Shown here: positions 13,481 through 28,220 of the stretch, piece after piece
Layout of the letters: the number at the start of each line of letters is the position of its first letter
Numbering within the stretch: the stretch's first letter is position 1
Origin: Acanthaster planci
Taxonomy: Eukaryota
Assembly: GCF_001949145.1 (NCBI RefSeq)
Contig: NW_019091360.1
Location: forward strand, 2,539,599-2,601,095
DNA length: 61,497 nucleotides
Direction: 5' to 3'
Position numbers and translations under genes: made by a program
The notes under the pieces: model-generated
Told to the model about the DNA's origin: nothing
Databases searched by the model: none
What the model saw: only the letters and a program-made list of their open reading frames with translations

Positions 13481-13869
13481 CTTGGTAACTCTTTTTTTCT
13501 GTTTTTTTTAAATTAATATCATAAGGGGCTAACCCAAGATAAAACCTCAATCTAGAAACAAATAAGCATATGTGGTCAAAATATTCATAAAGAATTTGAA
13601 AATGTAGAGTCGTGGGATTCTTAGACTAATTCGGTGCCCAACGTCAATCTGAACTTTACAGTTCAGCACTCAGTGGCCATGTAAAACCCCCATCTTATGG
13701 AGGAACCATGGACGCGACCTGGGCGTACGTTGGACGAGGGTCATGCCCCCCTTTTTCAATCAAGTCTATAATTAAGAATCCTGTTACTGGCCTGTTTGTG
13801 GGGATGGGCAGGTTGAGGGAGAGTGGGTCACAGCTGCTCAGCGAAGAGTGAGTTGAATCAACAACTCCC

Positions 13870-14170
13870 GCAATATATACTGCACTGCATGTTTGTATAT
13901 TTGCATATTTCACGCGAAAGTCCTTGCGGAGACTGAAAAGATGCTTTTCCCTCAGTATTTGATGCTGATGTCTTATCTTGAGTAGTTCATTATCTGTCAA
14001 AAAAATTGGATAACCCTTGAAAAGATTGTTCTTGAGAAATTTAGTCGCGCTTCCCAGGATCCTCACTTTATCAGCAGACCAAAGTAATTTGATGTGTGTC
14101 AGTCTCGTGCAGATTTACGGCCTTCACCTTGCCCATGGCACATTACATGTGCATCGTGTGATGTACATGT
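13870..14170 (-). mobile_element. LINE ORF1-like C-terminal remnant
   Basis: ITRC...RP.I...IKLLWSADKVRILGSATKFLKNNLFKGYPIFLTDN resembles the RRM/CTD end of non-LTR ORF1 proteins. Confidence 0.45.
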
Positions 14171-16279
14171 ACCCTGGCGCCGTTGCCCAGATGTGTGGCT
14201 CTTTTTGACTTCTGGTACATTCAACATGATCAGTTTGTACATGTAGTAGAAAGCTGATTATGACCACAACTAAGACAATTAGTGAGACTACATGTAAATC
14301 TCAATACGTTAATAAGAAATAAATTAATTTGCAGAGCCAAATGAAGAAGCGTGTTACTGTGGCTGACCCATGCGCACTATTCTTGACTTTATTTCATGAC
14401 GGAATTTGGACTGAGAAAAAACTGCTGAGAAAAAAATGAACATGCAAAAAATGGTAAATTTAGAAAGCATAAGAAAGAAGAATTTGATTTTACAGAGCAG
14501 AAAATTCTGGACCCTCTTAATAACAAACTGCCAAATTGGTCCATCTTACAAAATGACAGCAAAAGGCACCTTTAAGAACTTACCATAAGTAATCAATTGA
14601 ACCCTAAACATGCGAAAGGGAAAACACTGTTTTTGCTGCAAAAAAGGCAGCAATAAAAGTAAAACTTATGTACAATTAGTACATGTGACAATAAACATGG
14701 AAAGTTCAAGTTGGTAAGTTACTTGTGCACAAATTTGACAGAACTGCGCTACTAATCGCCACGTGCGCTGAATATTCGTGAACGTATGCACACACTTAAA
14801 GCTGTACATCATACATGTACTGTACACATGTCACAATCACACGCACGATCTGCACAAGTACGACGTTGTTGATGCACTGTATATGGACACCAGGGCCGTT
14901 CTCTAAACCACGGCTTGGGCTCCATTTTTAGCTGTAGCATAAATAAAGCCTGGAGCGGAGCTCATTCTTGAATTAAAGGGTGTCACTGTGATTTAGAGTA
15001 TGTCTGAAATAGTGCGATTTATGCAGCAGGGTGTCCTGCAACACGCTGAAACTATGGATATCATAATGGCTGTGGCAGTAAATCCTTGGTGAGAACCCTG
15101 ATTTCATCAGTGGATTGACCTCAATGGCACTCGTATTATGATATGTACATTGTGTGACATACATGTACGGTGTACGTGTTTTGGACCGGGTCATGGTTCT
15201 TTGGCTGGCGTGGATGGACAATTCACAATGCGATTTGGCTGTCATTTACCTTTCTGGAATGAATTTTGAGTACATAATCATTGAGATTTGAAGCTTTTTA
15301 TGGTGGAGGTACATGTATATGGTGCTACCACAAACCATTCCAGTTTACTTACATAATCATTGCTTTTTAGATTTTCAAGCATACTCAAAATTGTTCAAGT
15401 ACATTTTGTATGTACTTTTTAAGCTTAAAGTTGCAAATGGCAATTGTATGGTGAAACTATGATCGTACTGGCAAAAGATTGGTTGCATTTGCAATTGATT
15501 TAGGCATTATCTAAAGCATTGAAGATAACTGTATTTTGCTAAACTAGTGGTGCTTTTATAAAAATCCACGGCAGGTTAACTAACACAGAGCCTTGTTTGT
15601 TGTATATGGCAATCTGCAGGTTGTGGATGTAATGCTGGAAACTATACTAGATTTGGGTGGTTTCTCAAAATACTAAGAAAACAAATTAGTTACGGTAAAA
15701 ATACTTAGAAGTATCAATACGTGAATTAAAAAAAGTTCTGTTTCAGTCATTGGGAAAACAACAAGACAGCATTTTTATTTGTTCTTCTTTAGGATTCAAT
15801 TGGCAACACTTGTTATTTAAAATCCATCAATTGAAAATTTATCGATTCGTCAAATATGTTATCCCCCTGTGATGTGTATCTGTTTAAGTGAGTAACTCCT
15901 CTAAGCATTGGCAGATGACTCGCATAATGTCCCCCAAGAATAAGTGGGTTTTGTAACAGGTGGTTTTGGATGTAACAAACTTTGCAGGAAACCGTGTCCT
16001 CTTACATCCACATCTGTGGAAATTTCTCACACCCAAAATGTGTTGTTTCACAATGGAAAGCCCTTCTGTTGGCAAACCAACTTCAGCTGAGAAAAAATAA
16101 ATATTGAATGAAGTGCTTAATAGGTATTTCACATCAATTCAAATTTGATTTGAAGATGCACTTTCTGTGTTTTGTGTGTGACCGTTTTCCTTTGGATTGA
16201 TCTTTAGTAAGATTTCCGCTTTTGAATTGAACACAAACACAGATAATAATGCAGCCTTTAGTTGATAAGCAATTATTGA

Positions 16280-16700
16280 AATCATAATACACAAACAGTA
16301 TCAGTAAAGGCAGACCGTTCTTTGATGGTTTTCCCTTGCAGTTGTCATACAGTGAAGATAATATCAATGGTGCTGCGTGCTGCCCCAAATCCACGTTATG
16401 ATGATTCTGGGAGAGCAGAATCAGGGACTGGCATAAGGCGAGATAGCGGTAGTTTGCCAAAATACTTTGCCTTAGACTGACAATTAAGAGCGAAATTCCA
16501 TGTTAGTTCCCACAATCACGTCAATCTCCCTAACGTTCGAAGTTGGTGACAATAACGGCATGATGGAACTGTTGCGGAAGCTAATTAGTCTCCCAACAGT
16601 GGATGAATAGCTCGTATAGAGCATGGAGCAGCTTGTCACCACCTGCCTAGATCACTTCAGTTACGATTCCGTCTATGCCGGCAGCCATTCAGACTTCGGT
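16280..16700 (-). mobile_element. RTE-clade LINE reverse transcriptase remnant
   Basis: Piecewise CGN*HGISLL ... DSALPESS*RGFGAARSTIDIIFTV*QLQ ... LPLLILFV, versus the RTE motif CxNYRGISLL...LPESQCGFR..RSTIDMIFT.RQLQEK. Confidence 0.75.
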
Positions 16701-16999
16701 TCTATGCTGTTGCACATGAATGTGAAATCTTAGCTTAAGGTGAATTATGATGTGGTCTGTTGCATGTACATGTAGGTAGTCAGCACCATGCAGAGCTCAT
16801 GTGATGCAGACATCAGAGAGGTGGGCTCTTTTGGTGATGATGTAATCTAATAGGTGCCTATGTTTGGATCTTGGGTTTTGCCAGGTGTTGCAGTGATGGC
16901 TGTGTAGCGTAATGAATGTGTTTTTGATTGGCCAGGTAGAATTCTGTTTAACGTGCTAGCAGTCTGTCACCATTTAGTGACTGGGGACCAGGTGGCATG

Positions 17000-18300
17000 A
17001 TCATGACCAGCACGGGCATTGAAGTCTCCATTTACTGCATACATGTACATGTCTGACCAATTGTGGAAGTCCTCTGACAAAATGTCCAAATGATCTAGAA
17101 ACTTGAATTATCAGTTGAGTCGCATTCATTTTGGCTTTGAGCAGAGGTTTGTTAACTGTTGCTTTGCGGAAATATCGGTGAATCCACTTGGGCATGTGTT
17201 TTCATGGAATAGATTCAAGACAGTACATGTACATTTCAATAGTAGATCATGAACTCTGTAGATCAGCAGTTCACTAGTACACAGCTTTTGGTACCAGTAC
17301 ATGTATGTGTATGGGGAAATACTTTTCTGGTATCTTGTGTTACATGACGATTGCCTTTTCTATGCCCCAGTTGTCTAATCAACACAGCATTTTCAACTGG
17401 GTCGTGTGTGTTCCAGACTCGAAATAAAGTCTATCCAAGAAGTGGGGTAAGGGGGGGGGGCAACACACCATTCAAACGAAGAATAGAAGGCTGTCACATT
17501 GTAACTTTTGTTGAGGTCACAACCATTAGTGTAAGAAAGTTTTCACAGGATGATTGACGTGTATAATGTAGCAATCTCATTTGCATTGAATATGAAGCCT
17601 GTGTGGTATTAGGCATTGGCAAGTTGCCAGAATTCTGCACACTGCATGCAGTGATCTGTGAGCGTTATGCTTTTGCATAATACGCTGAAGACACTGTTTA
17701 TTGTGGTATGTAAGCACTGGCAAATTGGATCCTTAGGCTCAGTAGAGAAATACTGGTACAATATGTACGGTTTAACAGGTATATGTACCGGTAAGTACCA
17801 GTATCGTCCCTTCATGAACTCCCAAATCACCTGTAATATGGCGGAATTGCTGGATGCATTCTGGAATCGGATCTCAAGGGAATGGAATCAATGACTTGTA
17901 TGGATCACATGTAGATTCCTCAAAAAGTGAAATCTTGACTTCGATTCCAAGTTTGGAATCTATTACCAATTCCTGCATGGATTTGTCCAACACTACATGT
18001 ACCAGTAATTGTATGTTCTACAAAGGTACACGTACACATGTACATGTAGATGATAGCTTGTGGCTACAACTATGTACTATACAAGTACTGGTATCTCTTC
18101 TGTGAAGACGAGATGTGAAGAAGAAATGTACCATTTAATATACCTGTTCAATGCTTTGCGAGGAATACCCTTGGAATGAGTACACATTGAAAACTGGTGA
18201 GTCCACAGTCGGGTAGCTAGTGGATCTTCATGAATTCTTTCCAATAGGTTTTACTGAAAAACATCATTTAGTCAAACTGTACAGGAGTGGAGAAGAACAT
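17000..18300 (-). mobile_element. heavily decayed LINE ORF2 N-terminal part (AP endonuclease and linker)
   Basis: TGDLGVH (cf. GDFNxH) near 17830, LTDHC (cf. SDH) near 17655, and PKWI...SRSFGHFVR near 17190-17075. Confidence 0.45.
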
Positions 18301-19139
18301 TGTGCTATCCAAAGTTCTAGTGTTCGTTTTCCGCTATTTTGAGAGCTTACAGTTTCGGTACATGTCTACAGGGTTTCACTGTTAATACTTGCAGATTTTC
18401 TGTAAGAGCCAGTTCTTGAATGAATGACATTTTTAAGGATTTCCCTCACAGTTCCAAAGAACCTAGTGATTTTTTTAAGTTAAGGTTGGGAAATATTGTG
18501 GTGACTGGTCAAAAAAGTGTAACATGATTTCCTGTGTGGCACCAACAGGGCTTGTACATTGTACTTGTATACATGTATGTGGTCCATTGGTGGTACGGTC
18601 ATCAAGCAAGTACAATGTACATGTAGCTCTGAGGGCACGGTAACATTAGTAGGTCTGGACCTGTTGTAAGCTGTTGCATTGAATTGAAATTTTCAAAAGC
18701 ATGATTTGCTCAAGTTCTTTGTTTCCTAAATTGCATGTGCATGTACTATAAGTCTGTTACATGAATGCAAATCTGGTGGCTTTGGCTGAGAAATAGATTA
18801 CTTGGTTGATTATTTTTATGGTCAAGGAGATTGTGACCCAATCCAGAACTGGATAAACTGATGAGGAAAAGTGTCATCGGCACTTTTGATGATCCTGCAT
18901 ATTCCAAATTAAGAGCTTAAACTTGGAAAATAATTTAAACATTTCTCATTGCAAGAGTGGCAGTTAATTTGTGGATTGCTGAGCTACCATCAGACAGATT
19001 TTGCTGTAGAGATAAAGCTGAACTCTGACTTTTACTGCAAAATTGTTTGCACTTGCAAAGATTCATAAAAGTGCAGCACAGGCTCCAGGGAAGGTTATTT
19101 CTTTTCCGCAAGAAAACATAGCAAAAATTGTATAGACTG

Positions 19140-19262
19140 TTTCTTTGATTCTCCTTCAGGTTGATGAGAACAACTTGCCTACATGGACGTTTATAGAAGG
19201 GACACCACATCCATCTTGAACGAGTTCTTGGAGCTGTCAAAAAGGTAAGATTTCTCATTCTG
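19140..19262 (-). repeat. SINE-like repeat copy 1 (3' body only)
   Basis: Homologous to copies at 27920, 36430, 44775 and 51940 (gattctcc(t/c)tcag...gagttcttgg...gtaag core). Confidence 0.7.
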
Positions 19263-21768
19263 TTTGGACTGAAAATTGGCATCGGAAAACTACATGTAGC
19301 TAGTAGACCATCACTTAAGTGTTTCTAGTCATTGCTGTAGACAATTACTGCTAAGTTAATAAACCACGAAGCATGATCACTGTGACAACACCATTATATG
19401 AGCCATGATCTTTTATGCATGATAATCAAACCAGCATTAATCCCTGCCGGCTGTCATAAGAATCTTCTATCGCCATCAAGCCATAACTACAGGAAAAAAA
19501 ATTGCAACTAAATGTAACCACGGTGGCAATCCGTACAAAAAGCAGTCTGCTATGTGATTCCCCCGGTAAACAGTCAGCTCAGTGCATCCAGTCACGACCC
19601 TAAAAAACACAAACAGCTCAGTATTCTTTGGCATTCCTTCATTAGCAGTGGCACAGTTTTTGCTTACGCCTACATGTACATAATCGTACATGTAACTCAA
19701 TGGAATGTTTTGTTTCGTTTAGATTTTTCTAAATGGTTTCCCATGGCTGGCTGGACCAGTAATGTTAACTTTTCAATAGTCTGAATTTTTTCCATTTTTT
19801 TTTTACACCAATGTTGCATCCAAATCGTACTCATAGTCTTTTTTTTATAGGACACAAAATTCCAGATTGTTTATATTAATCAATAAACTCAAGTTGAGTA
19901 ATTATTTTCCTAGTTGGGGATTTTTTTAGTTTTGGGTTGCTTGACTTACCTATTTGTTTTTTAGTACTACGTTTTAAGATGAGTTCTGTTTGAAAGGTTA
20001 AATGTACAGTACATGTAAGCTTCTTACTCCCCAAGTTTTGTTCTCAGAAAATTTCTGGAAAAAGAATTTTGGCAATATTTTGGCAATACGTGTACATGTA
20101 TGTTCAATTTGTAGTTTGCTTTTTTTGGATAGTTTGTAAAAAATCACACTAGCCGAAACATGGACAAACCATTTACAGGGGGGTAGGTCGCTCATTATGT
20201 ACATGTATATCGACAGTCATTTAAACTTTGCACCAAATTTCTGTCAAACTCAAACGACTGAAAAAATTTCCTGTTTTTGCAAATTTGCCAAAAGATGAAC
20301 GTATAGTTTCAGATCACGCATGCAAAGCACATGCTCGGTCATAACGAATTGAGGGGATTTGGTTGTTAGCTTGCTGTGTAGCTCAAAAGTTGAGTTGAAA
20401 TTTGAACAAATTCTGTGTTTAGTTAGCTGGAATTCTGACACATAAACTACAGTGTATTACATGTATAATGTATCAATATCAAAATTAAAAGGGCTTATCA
20501 GAAAATCTGCTTGTGACAGTGGTTCTCACTTGATTATGAAGAAGTCTTTGAAGCATCTGGAACCACATGTACATGTAGCCTACATGTACCGGTACGTTTA
20601 AGACAACACTTGTCAGCGCTTTTATTCCCACTTTTGTCCCAAAATTAAAAGCTTCAATTTTGCAAATAACTTGTGGAACGTGACTCTCCAGCACACAGAG
20701 TGGACTGTTAACCAAATAAGTTTTGATTTTTTTTGTCATAGGCGCTGGACCATGGCAAATTTTCAAATGGGACTGTAGGTTTTTAATACGCTATTCACAA
20801 AACATAGATCTGTCCATGTACAGTACCTTCATTTTCATTTCACCATTAACTTTATTAAAGTTATTTTACAAAGTCCCAGCAAGTGTGAGCTCGTTCAGCT
20901 AACAAACATTTTACTTTAGGCAATCTGTTTGCCCATTCGGATGGCATTTTTCAGTGAAACCAAACTGCTTGCCCTTCACACAGTACGTGTACTGTACATG
21001 TACATATGCCACTCAAATGCATACAAATGCTGTCACTGGTCAATGCCAAATGCAACACAAGGCGAGACATACATCTACATCTAAGTGTGAGAATTCAGGA
21101 GAGCTACCGGTAGTGCATCCGCGCACTTTGAGTTTAATACTTAACAGTCCAAGGCAGATTTTTTTTTCATTTTAGGGCTGAGTTAAATCAAATAATTCAA
21201 TCTTCGAATATTTGACCTTCAATTTGATTGTCAATTTGATCGAATATTCGGTCATACCGGCTGGCAGATGGTTCTTTTCTAATACCCGTGTATGTTAGCC
21301 AAAGCATTTTTTTTTCAAAAATTAATCAGAATTGGAGCATAATTAGTTAACTGAAATAATTTCTACTTCTTATAAGAACTTTATTGCTGATTTCTGGGGA
21401 GACTACGCTGGCCAAAAGAAAGAAATCTACAAATACTTTTACTTTTCTGTCAAAAATACTTTGAAAATATGTGCATTGTCCTTTTTTTATGGAATTAATG
21501 TAAGTTGGCAAAGATTGGGATCTGTGCTCCAGGCATACATGCATTTGTTACTCCACAGTGTACCGTACCTCTGTACTATGCTAGTATGTGAAGTACTGGT
21601 AATTTATGACATCAGCATCGTGGAAGATTTTTAAAGAAATACGTACAGGTGACTCTCCACTGAGGAATGAATAAATTTCTAAGAGGTATTGTCCCTTCTT
21701 GATGTTACTCTTTGAGTTTTCTAGGAGAGTAACCCTGTAGAAAGACTCCAGTTAATTAAAATCTTTAC

Positions 21769-23109
21769 TAGTGCTGCAGCCGAACTGCCATACCGAACCA
21801 AAAATCATTGAACATACATGTATCGTAGCACTTTCAAACCAAACTGAACCAAACTGGTCGGCTCGGATTTTTGGCTTTAATATGGCATAGCATTAACAGC
21901 GCCCAGAATGCACTCAAGAAAACTTGATAAAAAAGCAAACATTACAAAAAATGGATAACAAGTTATGCCGCTCCAGCGCTCGGCACATGTGCATGATGTG
22001 TACACACGTACTATAAATGTACATGTACAGTAAACTTACAATGGCCCCGCATCACGCTATGGTTGTAAAAAGCAAGTAGTGAGTATTCACTAATAATGAA
22101 CACAGAACATGCAATGTACCGCAACAATTCTAAATTTTCACTACATCCAATTGTGCTTATGCATATTCAGATTTAGCGTTATGTTTGCTAATCTCCAATA
22201 GCTAATCCTTCCAATGTTAAGCCAGTGATGTCATAAATGGCCATGCAAAATGAATTTTGATTGAATGCTGATCACAGTCGCACTCGTGCTTGATCGAAGG
22301 CTACTCCAGAGGGAAAACTGATTTTGCCAGGCGGGCCGATGCAGTGCTCCAGCGCGTGACAAGATTTGGTTGGGGACGGTGACCTAACTTGCCTTTCATT
22401 TGATCATATTTGATCGAAGTCGTAGTGTAAATACATGTACGTTGTAATGGAATTTTGCCAGATCTCTAAATTGTTCACAAATCTCAAAATGCTATTATCC
22501 GTTCGAAAAAGACTGATGGAAAATTGCCCCTTTGGCCACTTGGGCACTGTCCTGGAAAAGAATGCTGACTTGATACCAAGGTTCTTCTGTGAATACATCA
22601 AAAGCCATAGTTTGGTAGTTGAATCTGTTTGGTGAAATATAACCAAACACTTCACTCGAAATCCAATTTTATCTTGTATCCTGTGAAGAAGGAAACTCAC
22701 ATTTTCAGCATGCTGTTTTTTGCTGTTTTCATATCCTACGATCGCTGTGTTGAGTCAAGCATGGTCCAAACACAGCCGCTTTTGGTCAGCCAACCACGGT
22801 CGGAAACTGTCAAACCTCAGACAGTAACTTTTATGGAATTTTTGCTCCTATACAAACTTTGGCAAAACAGTTTAGAAAAAAAAAAGTTCACATCGAAGTT
22901 GCTTGTAGATGGGGATGGAGAGGAGATTCATTGCTTGTATTAACATATTTTATACACGGAAATACTACATACGACAAGGTCGTAGCGTGCTCTTCGATAT
23001 CTCAATGTGCATGTACGTACATGTGTATACATGTCTGGAACCGAACTGAAGTTCGGCAAAAAATTTCCGAATTGTGTCCAAAGCAAACCCGAACTGAACC
23101 TTGGCACTA
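21769..23109. mobile_element. possible decayed hAT-like non-autonomous element
   Basis: Ends TAGTGC...GCACTA with clustered (a)ccgaac subterminal motifs at both ends. No matching TSD found. Confidence 0.35.
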
Positions 23110-23257
23110 CATGTAGACCAGCTTGTATATGATGCAAGCAGCTTGGGTGACTCTGACATTGAATATTTAATATCTATTTCCATATTCTAGGATGGATTTT
23201 TCATTTTGCTGTTGGGCATATTTGCTGACTTTAACAGTCTAGAATCACGTTTAAATA

Positions 23258-23478
23258 AGTCATAAAAAGTGTAAAAAGATCGCCAAACATTCAGGAGTCG
23301 TCTCTTCCCAATGTATTTCATCTTTTCATGTTGGAATACAGTTTACACGAGAGTGCGCAATATGATTTAACAGGTCACAATAAACCAGCCCATAACCACA
23401 GTGATCCCTGCCCAAGAATTTGGTCATTTGCTACCATACACCTGATTTAAGCTTGTGTACTGCAAAAGAATCTCTAAC
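23258..23478 (+). repeat. 221-bp direct duplication, copy 1 (identical by eye to 24714-24934)
   Basis: agtcataaaaagtgtaaaaagatcgcc...gcaaaagaatctctaac reads the same at both sites. Confidence 0.95.
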
Positions 23479-24713
23479 CATAGAATGCAATTTTGTTTCT
23501 TTTTTCGTGCATTTTGCATCTGAATATTCCACTTTTAAAAACAATATTCCAATACTGGATGATTGATTGAATATTCGAATATTTGACACAACTTTAACGT
23601 TGCAGTAAAAATCATTTTTACCTGCCAGAATGATTTGCGTGGCTGTGCTTTGGCAGGTGCAGTTTAACTTGACTTACTGGTACTTGTAAAAAGTTTTGCA
23701 AAATAATACCAAGTTTCTAAAAGTTTCTGAAAGGGACATTTTGAAGGATTCCCAGTATAGTTTAAAGAAACAAGTGCTTCTTTTTTAAAGTTACATGTAG
23801 GGTTGGAAATATCATAGAAAGTGGGAGGGAGCAATTGGAAGTGTGAGCACATCCTACTGGTCTATACAGTGGAACAGGATTTTCTGTGTGGCCCAAACAT
23901 GGCGCAGTGGTCGGGAAACATGGCCATTCATGCAAGGCGTCACCATTTCTACTATTGCATGGATCAAACCTTAGGTGTTTTTAAGAAGTATTACTTTAAG
24001 ATATTGAGTTCCACTTACATGTACCCCCTCCTGTCAGTTTGTTTGTTTTTTTTACCCAAACTTCGCATTAATAGGTCATATTGATTTTTTTGTCTTCAAT
24101 TTTTTTCTGTGGTATTCTAGGACTTTTATTGAAATTCACTGAACAATTTTGAACATCGACTGTGTAGAAGCAATGTCCTTAATTTTGTTCAGGGTACTCA
24201 CATTAGTCTTTAATCTCATCCTTATGCATGCCTGCCAACCATTCTAATCTGAGAAAATAAGAACGTGGAAGTCAGAACTGAGAGAAGTTGACAAGGACAC
24301 CATGTGGAATCGATATCTTCTAAAAACGCAATGGCTATGAGGAAAAAATCAGTGAGTGAGAACTCAACGGTTTGATCAGGATGCTGTGCTGGTCTTCAGT
24401 CAGGAGGGGTGTTGCGCGCAGACTTTGTGTTCTATTTCTGAGTTTCCAATGTTGGCAGGGTATTGGGATTGTACATGTACATGTATATGTGTGCTGTTAT
24501 TACATGTACATGTACATTCATTCATGGTGTAGTAATTGTTTTGTCGTAGTTTGGTTTTTGACAATTATCTTGAAATTGCCAGACGCAATACCTGAATTTT
24601 TATCACCTCTATTTCCACATGTGTCTCATGACAATAGCATAAAATGCTAACCTACCATCAAATAAAGTGTACCTAAATAAAAATGAGTTTGGCCAGTATG
24701 ACAGCAACGAAAC

Positions 24714-24934
24714 AGTCATAAAAAGTGTAAAAAGATCGCCAAACATTCAGGAGTCGTCTCTTCCCAATGTATTTCATCTTTTCATGTTGGAATACAGTTT
24801 ACACGAGAGTGCGCAATATGATTTAACAGGTCACAATAAACCAGCCCATAACCACAGTGATCCCTGCCCAAGAATTTGGTCATTTGCTACCATACACCTG
24901 ATTTAAGCTTGTGTACTGCAAAAGAATCTCTAAC
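24714..24934 (+). repeat. 221-bp direct duplication, copy 2
   Basis: Identical by eye to 23258-23478. Confidence 0.95.
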
Positions 24935-27919
24935 TCTTTGTGGTGGCCAATTTTTGTAACTACACTGGCCATGTGCACGTTTGGCTTTCGAGTAGACTGA
25001 TGGCTACCACTGGCCTTCATGTAGTTGTACCATAGAGGACGTACACGTACACAGAAGGAGTTGCAACTCCCGGCACTTCAAAGCGCTCGATGATCATCGC
25101 TGCCAAGTCAGACGAATAACAGAAAACATATTCCAAACATGCCCGATTACTGCCTGCAGCTTAGCTGGACAAGCTGGGCCAGTAATATCCTAACAAAAGC
25201 TGTAGTGTTTTGCTTGCTAATACAAATTATTGCTGTGGCCAGGAAATAGAGAGAGAAAATCCCTGATGTTAGACCTACTTTTGCCATAATGAATAAACTT
25301 TATTTTATTTTTAGACACAGTGTCATTATCCATGCAAAGCTTGTACTGTAATTCTTCTCCCTCCAATACATTAGTTTTCAAAGACTAGGTAGGAATTTGG
25401 CTAAGACTGGCCAACAAAATGTTGACTACTACTGAAAAGCTGGGTTCATAAGAAACAAAATGGGCTATTTCATCACAGGGAGTGATCACGAGGTCTAATG
25501 AAATACACCTTTGTACAAATGCCGTCATGATTCAAACAAAATTCCCAAAATCACTCCAGAAGAAAGTGTTCATGAAGCCTTAAGGGAAAAATCTGCACAT
25601 GCACATTTAGGACACATGGCTTAACACAAAGCAATTATGTAAGCATTCAATTTGATGTTGTTATGATATCATACCAAGCACCAACAAATGCATGAATATT
25701 CAATTTGCTATACATGTACATGTATGTACTTTTAAGGTTGCAGATTACCAGTGAAAAATTGCTGCGGTGATCATAGGATACAAAGGGGCTTCTTGGTTGG
25801 TGATGGTGCAAAGTAAGCGCTCGCTGTGCTCTGGCTTTGGACATACCGGACATGCTAGAAAGCGGTAATTGGCTAAATGTTAAAGCCCCAGGCAGTTGAA
25901 ACCAAAGATTGTATACATGTAGCGGCTGAAGGTGGGGAACTTCACCCTGAATACACGTAAAACGTTGTTATCACATGGGCGCCATTCTGGTTGGACTACG
26001 CCTGCACAGTGCCTGTTAATGCCCAGGCGCAGGTGCCGCGACAGGCACACACACACACATTAACGTTCACACTCGAATGGCACCAATGGTGATAACACCT
26101 TTGTGGCCGAAGTAGCGGCGCTACGTAATCTTTGGCTCAAACTATTTCTGTGTCCTCCCTCTATGGTTGTACTTGTACTTAGTTTCTTGTTGCCCCTCAG
26201 GTGATGCATGATTATTCATCAGTGCAAAAAAAGAAGAAACGTAGATTTGCAACACATAGCTCGTGTTGTTTTTTGCTTTGTGCATCGTGAATAAAGCAGC
26301 TCTAAGTAAGAATGATATTTTTCTAAAAATGATATTTTGGCACACTGTTGAAATTGGAGAGGAAGAAAACGTGTTCATTTTGACATTCATCTAGGCAGAA
26401 GGAGTTACAGTGGAAACATTGTAAGTAAATTTACAGATCTGACTTGATCGTAACAAAAATCAGGAAACTTGCAAAAGTCAAAATCTGCATACTCTACCTC
26501 CAGTTTTTTTATTCACTCCTGAGATACAACTTCATAAGAAGAGTTTATTATACCCCTAAAATTGTTTGTACATTTGTGCTTTGTCTCTTTGTCCAAAAAC
26601 TACATGACACCCAGTCATTTTTCCAAAACTACTTCATAATTATGTGCACAAATTGTGCTTGTAAGCTGTAAGCTGTTCCTGAAGCTGCCATTGTAATCCA
26701 TTTGTTGTCACTGTTGATATATGTATTTCACATCATGTCTGCCAACCTGAGAAACATTTGTGCCACACATGAGACAAAATTTAAGTCAGAAAAATTTGCC
26801 ATAAACTTGGTCATAAACATCTGTTTGAATTCAATGCAATATTGAAGACGGACGATGCTTACTAAAAAATTCAGGAAAATGTAGTTCTTGCACATCACTA
26901 TTCCAAAGGAGAAACGGGGATAACTTGTACATGTATGGACAGTTCATGTCATTCCAACACTCATTGTCAGCTTTATACATGGAATGCCACAATGCACAAA
27001 CTAGCCATCACGTTTGTGCCGGCATGGTCACAATTCAAGTGAAAGATACATGTACACCCACAGAAAGATTTTCGATACTTGGCATTTCTTTTTCAATGAT
27101 CTTTTGTTTTAGAGGCTTTATGACATCAACTGTGATTGAGCACGTACATGTACACGTACACATACATGTTTGCGGCGCACTCTTCTAAAGATGAACAAAA
27201 ACACAATTCTGTTCCCTTTAAGAAACAAGAACCCTCCCAAGTTAATTATGTACATGTACTGGGCCTGTTGGGCCATCTTCCATGGAACCTGACATACAGT
27301 GTACTTGTAGATGTACATACATGTATGCACCGGTATCTCCCATGTTAAATGTTTCGTGGCTCCTGCTCCATCCATTAAAATCTCAATGCAGTATGGTCTA
27401 TTGACAAAGGATACTGTAAAAAAGCTGTTCCAGGAAGAAAAGACAAAAAAAAGGGGGAAATTTCTTGTCAGTTTTGTTTCTAGCTGGCTGGCAGTTGATT
27501 ACTGTGATATACATGTATTCTGTTAATTCATGGGAATAGTATTTTTATATTGGCTTGGTCATAATGCAATTTTAGCGTAATTTGAGAAAGAAGTCACATC
27601 GATTGCGTGCTGGTAACAGTTATATAACTTTTCGCTTCCAATGGAATGCAGGGTCTTTCCTTGCCAATCCAGACACATGTGTAGCCCACAAATCCAAACC
27701 ACATTTACCTGTACCTGGAAAAGTCTCTAAAACCGTCTGGGAAAAATGAGTGAAACTTGATTAGCTTGATATGTTTAACATTCTTTTTTTTCCCTGTTCA
27801 TCATTCGAAGTCTGGATTTCGTGTCACTTTTTTGCACCAAAAAATTGCTGGTTACATACATGTGCAGCATACATGTACATGTAGGCTATAGGAAACTTGT
27901 TTCTGTCAACAGTAAAAAA

Positions 27920-28220
27920 ATTCTTAATTGCATGATGTTTGTGTGATTCTCCTTCAGATTGATGAGAGACACTTCCTTCATAGATGCCTGTAGAAGAGAT
28001 GCCATATTCACTTGAATCAAGAGTTCTTGGCTTTATCAAAAAGTAAGATTTTTCATTCTGTCATTTGGCACAAGTATTTTGGCCACTGTCAGGGGTTTTG
28101 CTCTTTTCGGTGCATGCTTCCGACTCCTTTCTGCTCTCCTCATGTCAGCCTGGGTGGGATTTGAACCCAGGTCACAGGGTTGGAGGGTAGGGTGGATACC
28201 ACTTCACCAGTTGGGCTCCT
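27920..28220 (-). mobile_element. tRNA-headed SINE-like element copy 2 (most complete)
   Basis: Minus strand begins GGAGCCCAACTGGTGAAGTGG (A box) ... GGGTTCAAATCCCACC (B box), followed by the shared body. Confidence 0.65.

Noticed and set aside
22404..22800. BED zinc finger / hAT transposase fragment (VW...VKC...STTKLW)
   Set aside because: Too few conserved Cys/His residues remain to support it.
28140..28220. tRNA gene (also 36430-36475)
   Set aside because: A/B boxes are present but there is no convincing cloverleaf, and the head is fused to a repeated body, so it is treated as SINE-like.
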